From assembly GCA_045576335.1 (NCBI GenBank), contig JAZNGH010000008.1, positions 26,142 through 90,141 on the forward strand: DNA of 64,000 nucleotides, given 5' to 3'. Each line of letters starts with the position of its first letter. Within the stretch, counting starts at the first letter, position 1. The notes beneath the pieces are model-generated. The model worked only from the letters and a program-made list of their open reading frames with translations. It ran no database searches and was not told where the DNA came from. The translations under genes were made by a program, and so were the position numbers. This document shows, one piece after another, positions 28,918 through 38,034 of this stretch. The stretch is from Candidatus Scatosoma sp. (GTDB lineage: Bacteria > Bacillota > Clostridia > Christensenellales > Borkfalkiaceae).

Positions 28918-30345
28918 TTACATTCTAACCGCGAACTGATAAATCTTCGCAAGCAACCCGTCGGGGATTTTATCTCTGTATTGACCGAGATAAATGAATA
29001 CCTTGCGGAAGAATTCTTTGTTGTCGCCGCCGACCTGATAGTCGGGAAGCTCGGGCATATCGCCTTTATATTTAAGAATGAACAATTCGGTGAATTCGTT
29101 TCTTTCCTTATCGGCAAGGCTTGCGATAAACGGATCGAAGCTTCTGCTGTTGTAGAAATCGTAGCCGGCAGTCGCCGCGGGTGCGGGAGCGGGAACGGGT
29201 GCGGGAGCTGCTTCGATAGGAGCTTCTTCCGCTACGGGCTCGGACGATACTTCTTCTGCAAGTACGACGCCTTCCACAACGCCGCCTTCGTAAGGCAGAG
29301 CTTCCGCGTACTCTTCACGTACGTATTCTTCCTCCGCCGCTTCTTCCGTAGCTTCTTCGGCTTCGGCTGCTGCCGCTGCCTTCTTCTTCGCTTTCTTCGC
29401 TGCCGATTTTTGAATGATGCAAAGGACGATTTGAACAAGCGAAACGCCTACGCCGACAATCGCGAAGAGAAGTACGTTGTTGAATTCGGTCATGGAAGCG
29501 ATTGCAAAGTAGCAAAGCACGCCCGCGATCACGAATTGAACGATATAACGGATAAGGTCAAATACAAGCCCGATTTTGGTGGAAATACGGATACTTGCAA
29601 CCAAAACGCTGAAAGCAACCACGCCCGTGATGATGAGCGAGATAAGAGAAACCGTTTCGGGAGCGGTAACACCGAACGAGCCAAGACCTTTTTCAAACGC
29701 TTCCGCACCGACGTTGAGGTTCAAAAGGATTGCACCGCAAGCCGCGAGCGTGAAGATGAATTGAAGCAAGCTCATCCAAGCCTTCGCGCCTGCTCGGCAA
29801 GCAGAAAGCACGAAATAGGTAATGCCGCCGACGAGCATAAGAGCCGCGGGAAGCAAAGGCGCGATATCAAGCGCAAGACCTTTTGCCTGATAGTAAGGGA
29901 TAAAGGTCGCTGCAAAATACAAGGAAGCACCGAGTGTAATCGCATAAGCCGCCGCGCGAAGCAAGCAGGATTTACCCGAGAACAACGCAATGATTGCAAA
30001 AATCACGGTGAACAAAATTGCGAGGATAAGTACGTATGCGGCAAGCGCATTCAAAAGACCCATTGAGGTAGCGGTGTCCGCAAGAGCGGGAAGCACGCCG
30101 AAAAGGGTGTAGGTCGGAGCCGCGAAAGCTTCTACGATTGCGAGGATCATCGCAAGAACGGAGCCTTGTACGAGTTCCGCACCCTGCATCACCAATACGG
30201 GCAGGAAGAAAGGAACCACGCAAAGCGCGATAAAGATAACGGAGAAGATACGCACGGCAACGTGCTTATTCTTCTTGGGTTGAGGCGTAACCTCCGCCTC
30301 GGTTGCAACGTCGTCCACGACAGGGCAGGTGTTGGTGTTGCTCAT
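28918..30345 (-). CDS. Polytopic membrane protein with Ala/Glu/Pro-rich linker and unassigned C-terminal cytoplasmic domain
   Basis: About 8-9 hydrophobic helices, then a KKAKKKAAAAAEAEEATEEAAEEE linker, then a conserved-looking tail (GYDFYNSRSFDPFI...). Confidence 0.5.
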   Translation of the reverse strand: MSNTNTCPVVDDVATEAEVTPQPKKNKHVAVRIFSVIFIALCVVPFFLPVLVMQGAELVQGSVLAMILAIVEAFAAPTYTLFGVLPALADTATSMGLLNALAAYVLILAILFTVIFAIIALFSGKSCLLRAAAYAITLGASLYFAATFIPYYQAKGLALDIAPLLPAALMLVGGITYFVLSACRAGAKAWMSLLQFIFTLAACGAILLNLNVGAEAFEKGLGSFGVTAPETVSLISLIITGVVAFSVLVASIRISTKIGLVFDLIRYIVQFVIAGVLCYFAIASMTEFNNVLLFAIVGVGVSLVQIVLCIIQKSAAKKAKKKAAAAAEAEEATEEAAEEEYVREEYAEALPYEGGVVEGVVLAEEVSSEPVAEEAPIEAAPAPVPAPAPAATAGYDFYNSRSFDPFIASLADKERNEFTELFILKYKGDMPELPDYQVGGDNKEFFRKVFIYLGQYRDKIPDGLLAKIYQFAVRM

Positions 30346-30539
30346 AAAAGATCTCCTGAAAGTTTATTTTGAGAATTATATCCTCGCGCGTATATCGCGC
30401 GACAATATAAAATCATTCAATTTATTGTATTATAACACTTTTCCGTCCTTATGTCAATACATAAGCAAAAACTTTTTCAACTTTTTGCGAAAAAGTTTAC
30501 AAATTTTTTGACGGAAATAAACCTTGCCCCAAAAAATCC

Positions 30540-30568
30540 TTGAAAAAATTTCCCGTTTGGGGTATAAT
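30540..30568 (+). promoter_or_regulatory. Promoter TTGAAA-17-TATAAT upstream of the PucR-like regulator
   Basis: Hexamers and spacing read directly from the sequence. Confidence 0.6.
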
Positions 30569-30613
30569 AGTATCGTAAAGATTTTTACGGCGCAAACCTA
30601 TGAGGTGAAAAAG

Positions 30614-31630
30614 ATGAGCGAGCTGCAAAAGATTGTCAAAGATACAATGGAAAAGCTGGGGATAATTTTCACGTATTATCCCGAAAATACCCGTCCTACG
30701 GCAGGTCCCGTATGCGATAAGCATTTTGAGGAAATTACCGACGACGGTACGTACACGTTTTTCCGTTTCTCGTTCAAGGGAATCGGGTATATCGGCGCAA
30801 TCGAAGGTGCGAGTAAAACGGAAAAGGGCTACGCGCGGCTGTTGCCTGCCTATATAGAAAGCTTTACGGAAAAGGAAGCGGAGCTTTCCAAAACGGAGTA
30901 CTTAAAACGCATATTGCTTGGGGAATGCTCGTCGCTCGGTATATATAAATACGCAACGAAATTTTCCGTCCGCGACGCGGCTTGTTTCGTCATTTTGCTC
31001 CGCGTACCGAAGATGATCAAAGAAACGCTCGCCGTGTTGGAGCAGTACGGCGGGAATAGCTTGGATACCGCGCTGCAAATGAGCGAGGACGAATGCGTGC
31101 TCGTGAAATTCGTGGATAAAACGGAAAACGAATACCGTTCCGCCGTGGACTACGCGGAGTTTTTGGCACAATCGCTGGAAGAAGAGCTGGGCGTAGACGC
31201 AACGGTCGGGGTAGGTCCTACCGTAAGAAGCATTAAAGACGCGGCGCATTCCTACGCGCGCGCGGAAAACGCCATTCGCTACGCGGACGAGTTCGGCGCG
31301 GGCGGCAAGGTACATTCCTATCGGGAGTTTATTCTCGTGAAAATGTTGGAGGATATTCCCGCGGCGAAGCTTGCCGATTATCTCGCCGACCTCACGGACG
31401 AAAATTTCAAAGAGATTTTCGAAAACGAAGAAATGTTGACGACGGCGGAGGAGTTTTTGCAAAACGACCTCAACGTAAGCGAAACCTCCCGTAAGCTTTA
31501 TATGCACCGCAATACGCTTTTATACCGTTTGGATAAGATAGAGAAAGCAACGGGGCTGAATATCCGTTCCTTTTCCGAGGCGGTTTCCTTCCGCGTGCTC
31601 ACGCTTATCCACCGCTTGCTGGGAAAATAA
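30614..31630 (+). CDS. PucR/CdaR-family transcriptional regulator
   Basis: C-terminal HTH NVSETSRKLYMHRNTLLYRLDKIEKATGLN. ATG at 30614 follows GAGGTG. Confidence 0.75.
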   Translation: MSELQKIVKDTMEKLGIIFTYYPENTRPTAGPVCDKHFEEITDDGTYTFFRFSFKGIGYIGAIEGASKTEKGYARLLPAYIESFTEKEAELSKTEYLKRILLGECSSLGIYKYATKFSVRDAACFVILLRVPKMIKETLAVLEQYGGNSLDTALQMSEDECVLVKFVDKTENEYRSAVDYAEFLAQSLEEELGVDATVGVGPTVRSIKDAAHSYARAENAIRYADEFGAGGKVHSYREFILVKMLEDIPAAKLADYLADLTDENFKEIFENEEMLTTAEEFLQNDLNVSETSRKLYMHRNTLLYRLDKIEKATGLNIRSFSEAVSFRVLTLIHRLLGK

Positions 31631-31639
31631 GGAGCTTTT

Positions 31640-32980
31640 ATGAAAGAACCCGTTTTTGAAGAATTTGAAGCATTTACCAACGAAGAGGAGACGCAAACCG
31701 CGTCTCCTTTACCCGATACGCCCAAAAAAGGCCGCGCGGGGCAGGTGTTTTTGACGGTGGGGATCGCGCTCGTTTCCGCGCTCGTGGGCGGCGTTGGCGT
31801 GTATTTCTCCTTTGACGAGCAGCTGCGCTCCCTGCAAAAGCTGAAAAACCAAATGCAGCTTGCCTATTACGAGGATATTTCCAACGACGAATTTTACGGC
31901 ACGGTATTCGACGCCGTAAACGGGCAATTGCTCGACAGATATTCCGAGTATATGACCAGAGAGCAATACGAGGCAATGCAACGCGAAGCCCAAGGTCAAA
32001 TTAGCGGCGTGGGCTTGGTCTTTCCGACGACGGGGGAGGAATTGCGCGTGCTTCGCGTTTGCGGCAATTCACCCGCGGAAAGCAAAGGCATTTTGGCGGG
32101 GGATTACGTCGTGGGCATCGGCAAGAGCGAAACGGAAATCACCAAGGTTACGAGCTTTCAAGAATTTTCCGATTTGTTGCAGGGCTATGCACAAAATCAG
32201 ACCTTTTGTCTTGCGCTCTCGCGAGGCGGGGAAGAATATACGGTGACGCTCGCCAAGGAAACGTACGTGGAAAATTACGTTTTTTACAGAACGGCGACGG
32301 AAGCGTACCGCTTTACGGGCGCGAGCGCGAAGCAGGGCGGTGAAAGCCTTTCGTGCTTGGAAGCAGACGACGCGTATATCCGTTTGACACAGTTCAACGG
32401 CGACGCTGCGGAGGCGTTCGGCGCGGCAATGTCGCTGTTTAAGGAGCAGGGCAAAAAAGACCTCGTGCTCGATTTGCGCGGCAACGGCGGCGGGTATTTG
32501 GATATTATGCTCGATATCGCGCAATATTTCTCCAAAACGGCAACGGAGAGCAATCCGCTCGCCGTCGTGGCGGAGTATAAAAACGGGTCGGATAGCTTTT
32601 ACGCCTACGGCAACGCGTATTCCTCCTATTTTGCGGAGGATAGCCGTATAACGGTACTCGCCGACGAGAACACCGCGTCGGCTTCCGAATGCTTAATCGG
32701 CTTTATGTACGATTACGGCGCAATCGGGTATGCGGATATCTGTTTGATTGAACGGGGCGGCGTTGCAAAGACCTATGGAAAGGGCATTATGCAAACGACC
32801 TATCCGCTTGGCTTATCGGGGGACGCGGTGAAACTGACGACGGCGCAAATTTGCTGGCCGAAAAGCAATCGTTGCATACACGGTATAGGCGTTTTACCCT
32901 CCGACGGCGCGTTGAGCGTCTTGGAAGCGGCAACGGACGAGCAAGAAATTATCGACGCAATTGCAAAATTATTCGCTTAA
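31640..32980 (+). CDS. S41 family C-terminal processing peptidase with N-terminal TM anchor and PDZ domain
   Basis: LDLRGNGGGYLD, TASASE (Ser nucleophile) and GKGIMQT (Lys). A PDZ-like segment GNSPAESKGILAGDYVVGIG. Confidence 0.8.
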   Translation: MKEPVFEEFEAFTNEEETQTASPLPDTPKKGRAGQVFLTVGIALVSALVGGVGVYFSFDEQLRSLQKLKNQMQLAYYEDISNDEFYGTVFDAVNGQLLDRYSEYMTREQYEAMQREAQGQISGVGLVFPTTGEELRVLRVCGNSPAESKGILAGDYVVGIGKSETEITKVTSFQEFSDLLQGYAQNQTFCLALSRGGEEYTVTLAKETYVENYVFYRTATEAYRFTGASAKQGGESLSCLEADDAYIRLTQFNGDAAEAFGAAMSLFKEQGKKDLVLDLRGNGGGYLDIMLDIAQYFSKTATESNPLAVVAEYKNGSDSFYAYGNAYSSYFAEDSRITVLADENTASASECLIGFMYDYGAIGYADICLIERGGVAKTYGKGIMQTTYPLGLSGDAVKLTTAQICWPKSNRCIHGIGVLPSDGALSVLEAATDEQEIIDAIAKLFA

Positions 32981-33253
32981 CCAATTCAATATAATCCGAA
33001 CTCGATTTTGAGTGGCGAATTTTGTCGCCTATTGCGTTAAAATCCTTGCCAAACCGTCGGGGTTTGTCTTCGGCTTTCGCCTTATATCCGTCTAAAATTC
33101 GCCTACTGAAAATTGCAGGCACGCAAAAGAGCGTATTTTTAGATGGATTTTGTCAAAGGCGACCGCAATCGTACTCGTGTACTATAAGGGCGCATTTGGC
33201 GTAAGACGCTAAAAAGACGCCTTTTGCGCGAGTTTGGATTATATTGAATTGGT
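32980..33253. mobile_element. MITE-like element copy 1 (274 bp), 25-nt TIRs, TA flanks
   Basis: Left TIR ACCAATTCAATATAATCCGAACTCG. The right end reads CGAGTTTGGATTATATTGAATTGGT. TA is present on both flanks (32978-79 and 33254-55). The interior matches copy 2 in reverse complement except for a 74-nt extra block. Confidence 0.8.
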
Positions 33254-33260
33254 TAAAACA

Positions 33261-33291
33261 AAAGCGCGCACCTTGGGGGTACGCGCTTTTG
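33261..33291 (+). terminator. Intrinsic terminator of the S41 peptidase gene (displaced by the MITE)
   Basis: AAAGCGCGCACC/GGTACGCGCTTT stem with one mismatch, followed by TTTT. Confidence 0.6.
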
Positions 33292-33405
33292 CAATTATAT
33301 GGAGGTGTTCCTCGGAATAAGGAAACGGGTAGGCTATCTCGTTTGACGAAATCATTATAATATGCGTTTGCGTAAAATTCGTTTTGATTTCGTGATAATT
33401 TGACG

Positions 33406-33444
33406 AAAAAATGCCCCGCTTCGCAAAATTTGCGAAGCGGGGCA
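33406..33444 (-). terminator. Intrinsic terminator of tkt
   Basis: 14-bp stem GCCCCGCTTCGCAA/TTGCGAAGCGGGGC with a T-run on the minus strand. Confidence 0.8.
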
Positions 33445-33458
33445 ATCCGTTTTTTTAC

Positions 33459-35459
33459 TTATTTGCTCTTTTCAATGGAAGCCAACGCCTTTTCGACGAC
33501 GTTTTCCGCCGTGAAGCCGAAGTGCGGGAAGAGCTTGCCCGCGGGCGCGGACGCACCGAAGCTTTCCATTGCTACGATTTCGCCGTTATCGCCTGCGTAT
33601 TTATACCAGCTGTAAGGCGAGCCTGCTTCTACGCATACTCTTGCCTTGACCTCTACGGGCAATACGCTTGCTTTGTAAGCGGCGTTCTGCTTTTCGAATT
33701 CTTCCATACAAGGCATAGAAACGACGCGCGCGTTTACGCCTTTTTCCGCCAAAGCCGCTTTTGCTTTTACGCAAAGCTCGACCTCCGAGCCTGTACCGAT
33801 AAGAAGCACGTCGGGCGTACCCTCACAGTCTTCGAGGATATAACCGCCTTTGAGCGCGTCCTTGCCGCTGTTTTCGTACTGGGGCAACGCCTGACGGGTA
33901 AGCACGAGGGTCGTAGGCTCTTTACCGCTCATTGCGGATACCCAAGCCGCCGCCGTTTCCTTGCCGTCCGCGGGACGGTAAACCTTCATGCCAGGGATAG
34001 AACGGAGCATGATCAGCTGTTCTACGGGCTGATGCGTAGGACCGTCCTCGCCAACGCCGATGGAGTCGTGCGTCATAATATAGGTCACGGGCAATTTCAT
34101 AAGCGCGGCAAGACGCATTGCGGGTTTGCAATAATCGGAGAACACGAAGAAGGTCGCGCAATACGCTTGCAGACCGCCGTGGAGCTGCATACCGTTGACG
34201 ATTGCCGCCATCGCGTGCTCACGGATACCGAAATGCATATTTCTGCCCGAGAAATCCGCGGGGGAGAATTGACCGTATTTGTTCGTTTCCGTGTCCTTCA
34301 TATCCGAAAGGTTGGACGGACCGAGGTCTGCCGAGCCGCCCATAAGCGTAGGCAATTTCGCCGCGAGCTTGTTCAAAACCTTCGCGGAGGTTTGGCGGGT
34401 AGCCATCGGCTTTTCAAAGTCGTACAGCTCGTCCATTTCGTCGAAGTCGGGCTTCACGCCTGCCATTGCGTTTTTGTATTCCTCGGCAAGCTCGGGATAC
34501 GCCACTTCGTAATCGATAAACATCTTTTTCCAATGCACTTCTGCCGCCGCGCCTGCTTTTGCCGCTTCCGCGCAATGCTCGAACACCTCTTGCGGACATT
34601 CGTAGGGGAGATATTCCCAGCCAAGTTTTTCCTTGGTCTTTTGGAGGTTTTCCGCACCAAGGGGCGCGCCGTGCGATTTTTCGCTGCCTTCCAAGGGCGA
34701 GCCGAAGCCGATACGCGTATGGCAAATGATGATAGAGGGTTTTTCCTTGTTGGCTTTCGCTTTTTCCACCGCCGCGCTCAACGCGTCGATATCGTCGGGG
34801 GAACAAACGAGGTCCACATGCAAAACCTGCCAGTTTTGCGCCGCAAAACGCGCGCCGACGTTTTCCTTAAAGGTAACGTCCGTGTCGCCCTCAATCGTGA
34901 TGTCGTTATCGTCGTAGAAAAGAATGAGCTTGCCCAAATTGTGCGTACCCGCAAACGAGCAGGCTTCGTAGGAGATACCCTCCTGCAAGCAGCCGTCGCC
35001 ACAGATGGCGTAGGTGTAGTGGTCCACGACGTTGAAGCCGGGACGGTTGTATTTTGCGGCAAGGTTTGCTTCCGCGACCGCCATACCGACGGCGTTGGCA
35101 ATACCCTGACCGAGCGGCCCCGTCGTCGTTTCGATACCCACCGTGTGACCGTATTCGGGGTGACCGGGGGTTTTAGAACCGAACTGACGGAAGCTCATCA
35201 AATCTTCCTTTTGAAGTCCGTAGCCGTAAAGATACAGCAAGGAATAATACAACGCGGAGCCGTGACCTGCCGAAAGCACGAATCTGTCGCGGTTGTCCCA
35301 TTTGGGGCTCTTGGGATTGAATTTCAAGAAATTCTGGAAGAGCGTGTACGCGATAGGTGCACAGCCGAGGGGCAGACCAGGGTGACCGGATTTTGCCGAT
35401 TCGATTGCTTCCGCCGACAAAATGCGGAGCGCGTTGATGGTGGTTTTCTGTACGTTCAT
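33459..35459 (-). CDS. tkt: Transketolase
   Basis: SGHPG, GHGS, GEDGPTHQP. 666 aa. Confidence 0.95.
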   Translation of the reverse strand: MNVQKTTINALRILSAEAIESAKSGHPGLPLGCAPIAYTLFQNFLKFNPKSPKWDNRDRFVLSAGHGSALYYSLLYLYGYGLQKEDLMSFRQFGSKTPGHPEYGHTVGIETTTGPLGQGIANAVGMAVAEANLAAKYNRPGFNVVDHYTYAICGDGCLQEGISYEACSFAGTHNLGKLILFYDDNDITIEGDTDVTFKENVGARFAAQNWQVLHVDLVCSPDDIDALSAAVEKAKANKEKPSIIICHTRIGFGSPLEGSEKSHGAPLGAENLQKTKEKLGWEYLPYECPQEVFEHCAEAAKAGAAAEVHWKKMFIDYEVAYPELAEEYKNAMAGVKPDFDEMDELYDFEKPMATRQTSAKVLNKLAAKLPTLMGGSADLGPSNLSDMKDTETNKYGQFSPADFSGRNMHFGIREHAMAAIVNGMQLHGGLQAYCATFFVFSDYCKPAMRLAALMKLPVTYIMTHDSIGVGEDGPTHQPVEQLIMLRSIPGMKVYRPADGKETAAAWVSAMSGKEPTTLVLTRQALPQYENSGKDALKGGYILEDCEGTPDVLLIGTGSEVELCVKAKAALAEKGVNARVVSMPCMEEFEKQNAAYKASVLPVEVKARVCVEAGSPYSWYKYAGDNGEIVAMESFGASAPAGKLFPHFGFTAENVVEKALASIEKSK

Positions 35460-35493
35460 TTGGAATTCTCCTATTTATAAAAATTATTTTTTA

Positions 35494-37089
35494 TCAGTTT
35501 CTGAAAGCGCGTTTGCGCGCGATAAGCTTGGCTTTGACCTCGCTGACTTTGTTTTCTCTCCACGCGTTTATGGCGTTTTCAAAGGGCGTAATGTCGAGGA
35601 AATCGTATTTTTTGAGGAAATAATACAAATCCTTGATGATTTTGACCGCGCCGTCCTTTGCGTTGGATTCTACGTTGATAGGCAGAACGGGGTCGTGTAA
35701 GCTCATACGGATCAACGCCCAGCCGTTGCCGTGCATATCGTCGTAGCATACGCGGAAGCCCTCGTAATTGTCCTCGGCGGGTGTGGCGTAATACAAATTG
35801 CGCGCGTACGCCGCAAAATCGTCGATTAAGACCTTGCCGAGTGCCTTGAAATCACAATCGGGACGGAAATCCAAGCGAAGCTCTGCCGCCTCCGCGGGCA
35901 TTTGCAGGTTGGAGATGAGGTCGGAAAGGGTTTTGCCCTCTTTCGCCGCGTTCGCAAGCGCAATCAAAAGCCGCGTGATCAGATACGCGCCGTCGTCGAG
36001 GAAATAATTTTCAAGAAACGCCGCGTGACCGCTCGTTTCAATGGCAAGGGGGGTGTATTCGCCTTGCTCGTTGAGTCTTTTTGCTTCGTTGATAACGTTT
36101 TTATAGCCTCGCTTAAAGCGAAGATGCTTGCCGCCGTTTGCCTGAATGAATTTGGTCAAGCCGTCCGAGGTCACCGAGTCGGTGACGATCGTTCCCGCTT
36201 TTTCCTTTAAGAGAATGGCGGAAATGAGCGCAATCAAACGGTTGCGGTTGATTTCCTCGCCGTTCTCGTCCACTGCACCCGCGCGGTCTACGTCCGTGTC
36301 GAAGATGATACCGAAATCGGCTTTTGCGTTTTTAACCGCTTCGCACACCGATTGCATAGCCGCCGCGTTTTCGGGGTTGGGGATATGGTTGGGGAAATTG
36401 CCGTCGGGGTCGAGGAATTGCGAGCCAGTCGTATCCGCGCCCAAGGGCTGTAATACCTTTTCCGCGAAAAATCCGCCCGCGCCGTTACCCGCGTCTACGA
36501 TGATTTTCTTGCCCGCAAGCGGCTGATCTTCCCCGCAAGCTACGCGCACCTTTTCCACGAGGGAAGCCGCGTAATCGTCGAGGTAGGGCTTTTCAAGCGT
36601 TTCGCCGTAGGTTTGCACCTCGGCAAAGCGGTAGTTCGCCGCCATTTCCAAAAGCTCCTGCACGTCCGAACTTTCCAGCCCGCCCTCGTGCGAAAAGAAT
36701 TTCAAACCGTTGCGGTTAAAGGGGAGATGGCTTGCCGTAATCATAATCGAGCCGTGGCAGTAATGCTCGCTCAAATAGTTTTCGTCCTGCAAAAGCGCGA
36801 ACATAGAGGGCGTGGTCGAAAGCCCCGTAACGATTGCGTTATGCCCCGTTTGGGTGACCCCCTTCACCACGGCTTCGCAAAGCGCGGGCGCGGTGATACG
36901 GGAATCGTACCCGATTGCGACGCTCACTTGCGTTTTACCCGTGCGGGAGATAAGCCATACGCAAAAGGCTTTTGCGATTGCTTCCGCGGCTTCCGTCGTC
37001 AAGGTTATCGGCTCGTTTTCGACGCCCTCACAGGCGACGCCGCGTACGTCCGTGCCGTTTTTGAGTTTCAAATATTCCTGAACAGTCAT
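35494..37089 (-). CDS. Phosphoglucomutase/phosphomannomutase family protein (ASHLP active-site variant)
   Basis: ITASHLPFNRNGLKF (phosphoserine loop), FDTDVDRAG (metal loop), ETSGH. ATG at 37089 follows GAGGA. Confidence 0.8.
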   Translation of the reverse strand: MTVQEYLKLKNGTDVRGVACEGVENEPITLTTEAAEAIAKAFCVWLISRTGKTQVSVAIGYDSRITAPALCEAVVKGVTQTGHNAIVTGLSTTPSMFALLQDENYLSEHYCHGSIMITASHLPFNRNGLKFFSHEGGLESSDVQELLEMAANYRFAEVQTYGETLEKPYLDDYAASLVEKVRVACGEDQPLAGKKIIVDAGNGAGGFFAEKVLQPLGADTTGSQFLDPDGNFPNHIPNPENAAAMQSVCEAVKNAKADFGIIFDTDVDRAGAVDENGEEINRNRLIALISAILLKEKAGTIVTDSVTSDGLTKFIQANGGKHLRFKRGYKNVINEAKRLNEQGEYTPLAIETSGHAAFLENYFLDDGAYLITRLLIALANAAKEGKTLSDLISNLQMPAEAAELRLDFRPDCDFKALGKVLIDDFAAYARNLYYATPAEDNYEGFRVCYDDMHGNGWALIRMSLHDPVLPINVESNAKDGAVKIIKDLYYFLKKYDFLDITPFENAINAWRENKVSEVKAKLIARKRAFRN

Positions 37090-37265
37090 TTTTCCGTGTT
37101 TCCTCACGATAGAGATTTTTCCATATAGGAAAGCCTATCTATATTATAACGGTTTCTATTGATTTTTTCAAGCCTTTTACAGAAAAAAGTTATAAAAATT
37201 TCCGCTTGCTTGAAAGTTTTTATGCTTCCAGCGAAAAATGCGCGCTTGCACACTTGTCCAAACGC

Positions 37266-37294
37266 TTGACTTTTTGAGAAAAAGGTGTTATAGT
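37266..37294 (+). promoter_or_regulatory. Promoter TTGACT-17-TATAGT driving the cobalamin riboswitch
   Basis: Hexamers and spacing read directly from the sequence. Confidence 0.6.
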
Positions 37295-37304
37295 AGCTAT
37301 AACA

Positions 37305-37541
37305 GAATAAACACGAACGCGCGGTGCGGCTTTTGCGGAAGCCGCTTAAAAGGGAAGAGGGAATTACCCCGCTGCCCCCGCAACCGTAAGAACGCTCGCC
37401 TCTTTTCACTGTAAACGGGAAGGAAAGCGGCATATAAACGAGCGTTGTAAGCCGGGAGACCTGCCCGTGTTCGTATGGGATTTCCGCGGGCGGGGAGGCT
37501 CACGGCAAAACGCATAACTGCTTATAAAAAGCAGTATTTTT
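37305..37541 (+). promoter_or_regulatory. Cobalamin (B12) riboswitch with terminator expression platform
   Basis: AAAAGGGAAG, GCTGCCCCCGCAACCGTAAG, a B12-box-like CACTG..GGGAAGG, and AAGCCGGGAGACCTGCC. Ends with ACTGCTT-ATAAA-AAGCAGT followed by ATTTTT (37517-37541). Confidence 0.8.
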
Positions 37542-37596
37542 CGTTTGCTTTCTCCACGCTTGCGCCGTGGAGAATTTTTTTATGGGAGGCGTTATT

Positions 37597-38019
37597 ATGA
37601 AACGCAAATTATATTCTTTTTTAACTCTTTTATGCTGCGCGGTCGCCGCGTTGTTTTGTTGGTCGTCCTGCAATCAGGAACAGCCCGTCGAGCCCGTTTG
37701 TATCCGCGTGGAAAACGAAGTCGCGGAGGGTACGACTCTTTTGGAGTATATGAACGAGTTGCGACAAGCGGGCGAGCTGGACTTTGAAAGCGTGACGGGC
37801 GCGTACGGCGAAATGATTACGGGTATCAACGGCACGAAAAACGGCGTGGGCGACAATCCGTGCTGGATGCTGTATACCTCGGATACGAGCGAGGGCGTTT
37901 CCGATTTGTCCTATTCGTACGAATACGAGGGGCAAACGCTCGGCTGTGCGTGGCTTGGCGTAAGTGCAATGCCCGTAAAGCAGGGCGAGATTTACGTGTG
38001 GGTATATACGCAATTTTAA
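37597..38019 (+). CDS. DUF4430 (transcobalamin-like) lipoprotein
   Basis: Lipobox FCWSSC. GAYGEMITGING...NPCWMLY...GEIYVWVY matches the DUF4430 pattern. ATG at 37597 follows GGGAGG. Confidence 0.7.
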   Translation: MKRKLYSFLTLLCCAVAALFCWSSCNQEQPVEPVCIRVENEVAEGTTLLEYMNELRQAGELDFESVTGAYGEMITGINGTKNGVGDNPCWMLYTSDTSEGVSDLSYSYEYEGQTLGCAWLGVSAMPVKQGEIYVWVYTQF

Positions 38020-38034
38020 CGGGGCAGGTACGAG

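Noticed and set aside
33293-33405. Small ORFs (a 15-aa MEVFLGIRKRVGYLV and the 68-aa minus-strand ORF 33239-33445) and a TTGACG/TATAAT pair between MITE copy 1 and the tkt terminator.
   Set aside because: The hexamers are only 7 nt apart, so they do not form a functional promoter. The ORFs have no RBS and overlap a TIR or a terminator, so they are most likely non-coding spacer.
33411-35480. A 689-aa ORF antisense to transketolase, and similar long antisense ORFs at 22499-23827, 47434-48693, 44950-46089, 18020-19066, 61753-62730, 28981-30066, 27504-28352 and 7209-7961.
   Set aside because: Each lies exactly opposite a confidently identified conserved gene. Their translations are Arg/His/Val-rich low-complexity sequence with no motifs. 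They are best explained by the sense strand avoiding the codons TTA, CTA and TCA, which removes stop codons from the antisense frame. There is no RBS or promoter evidence.
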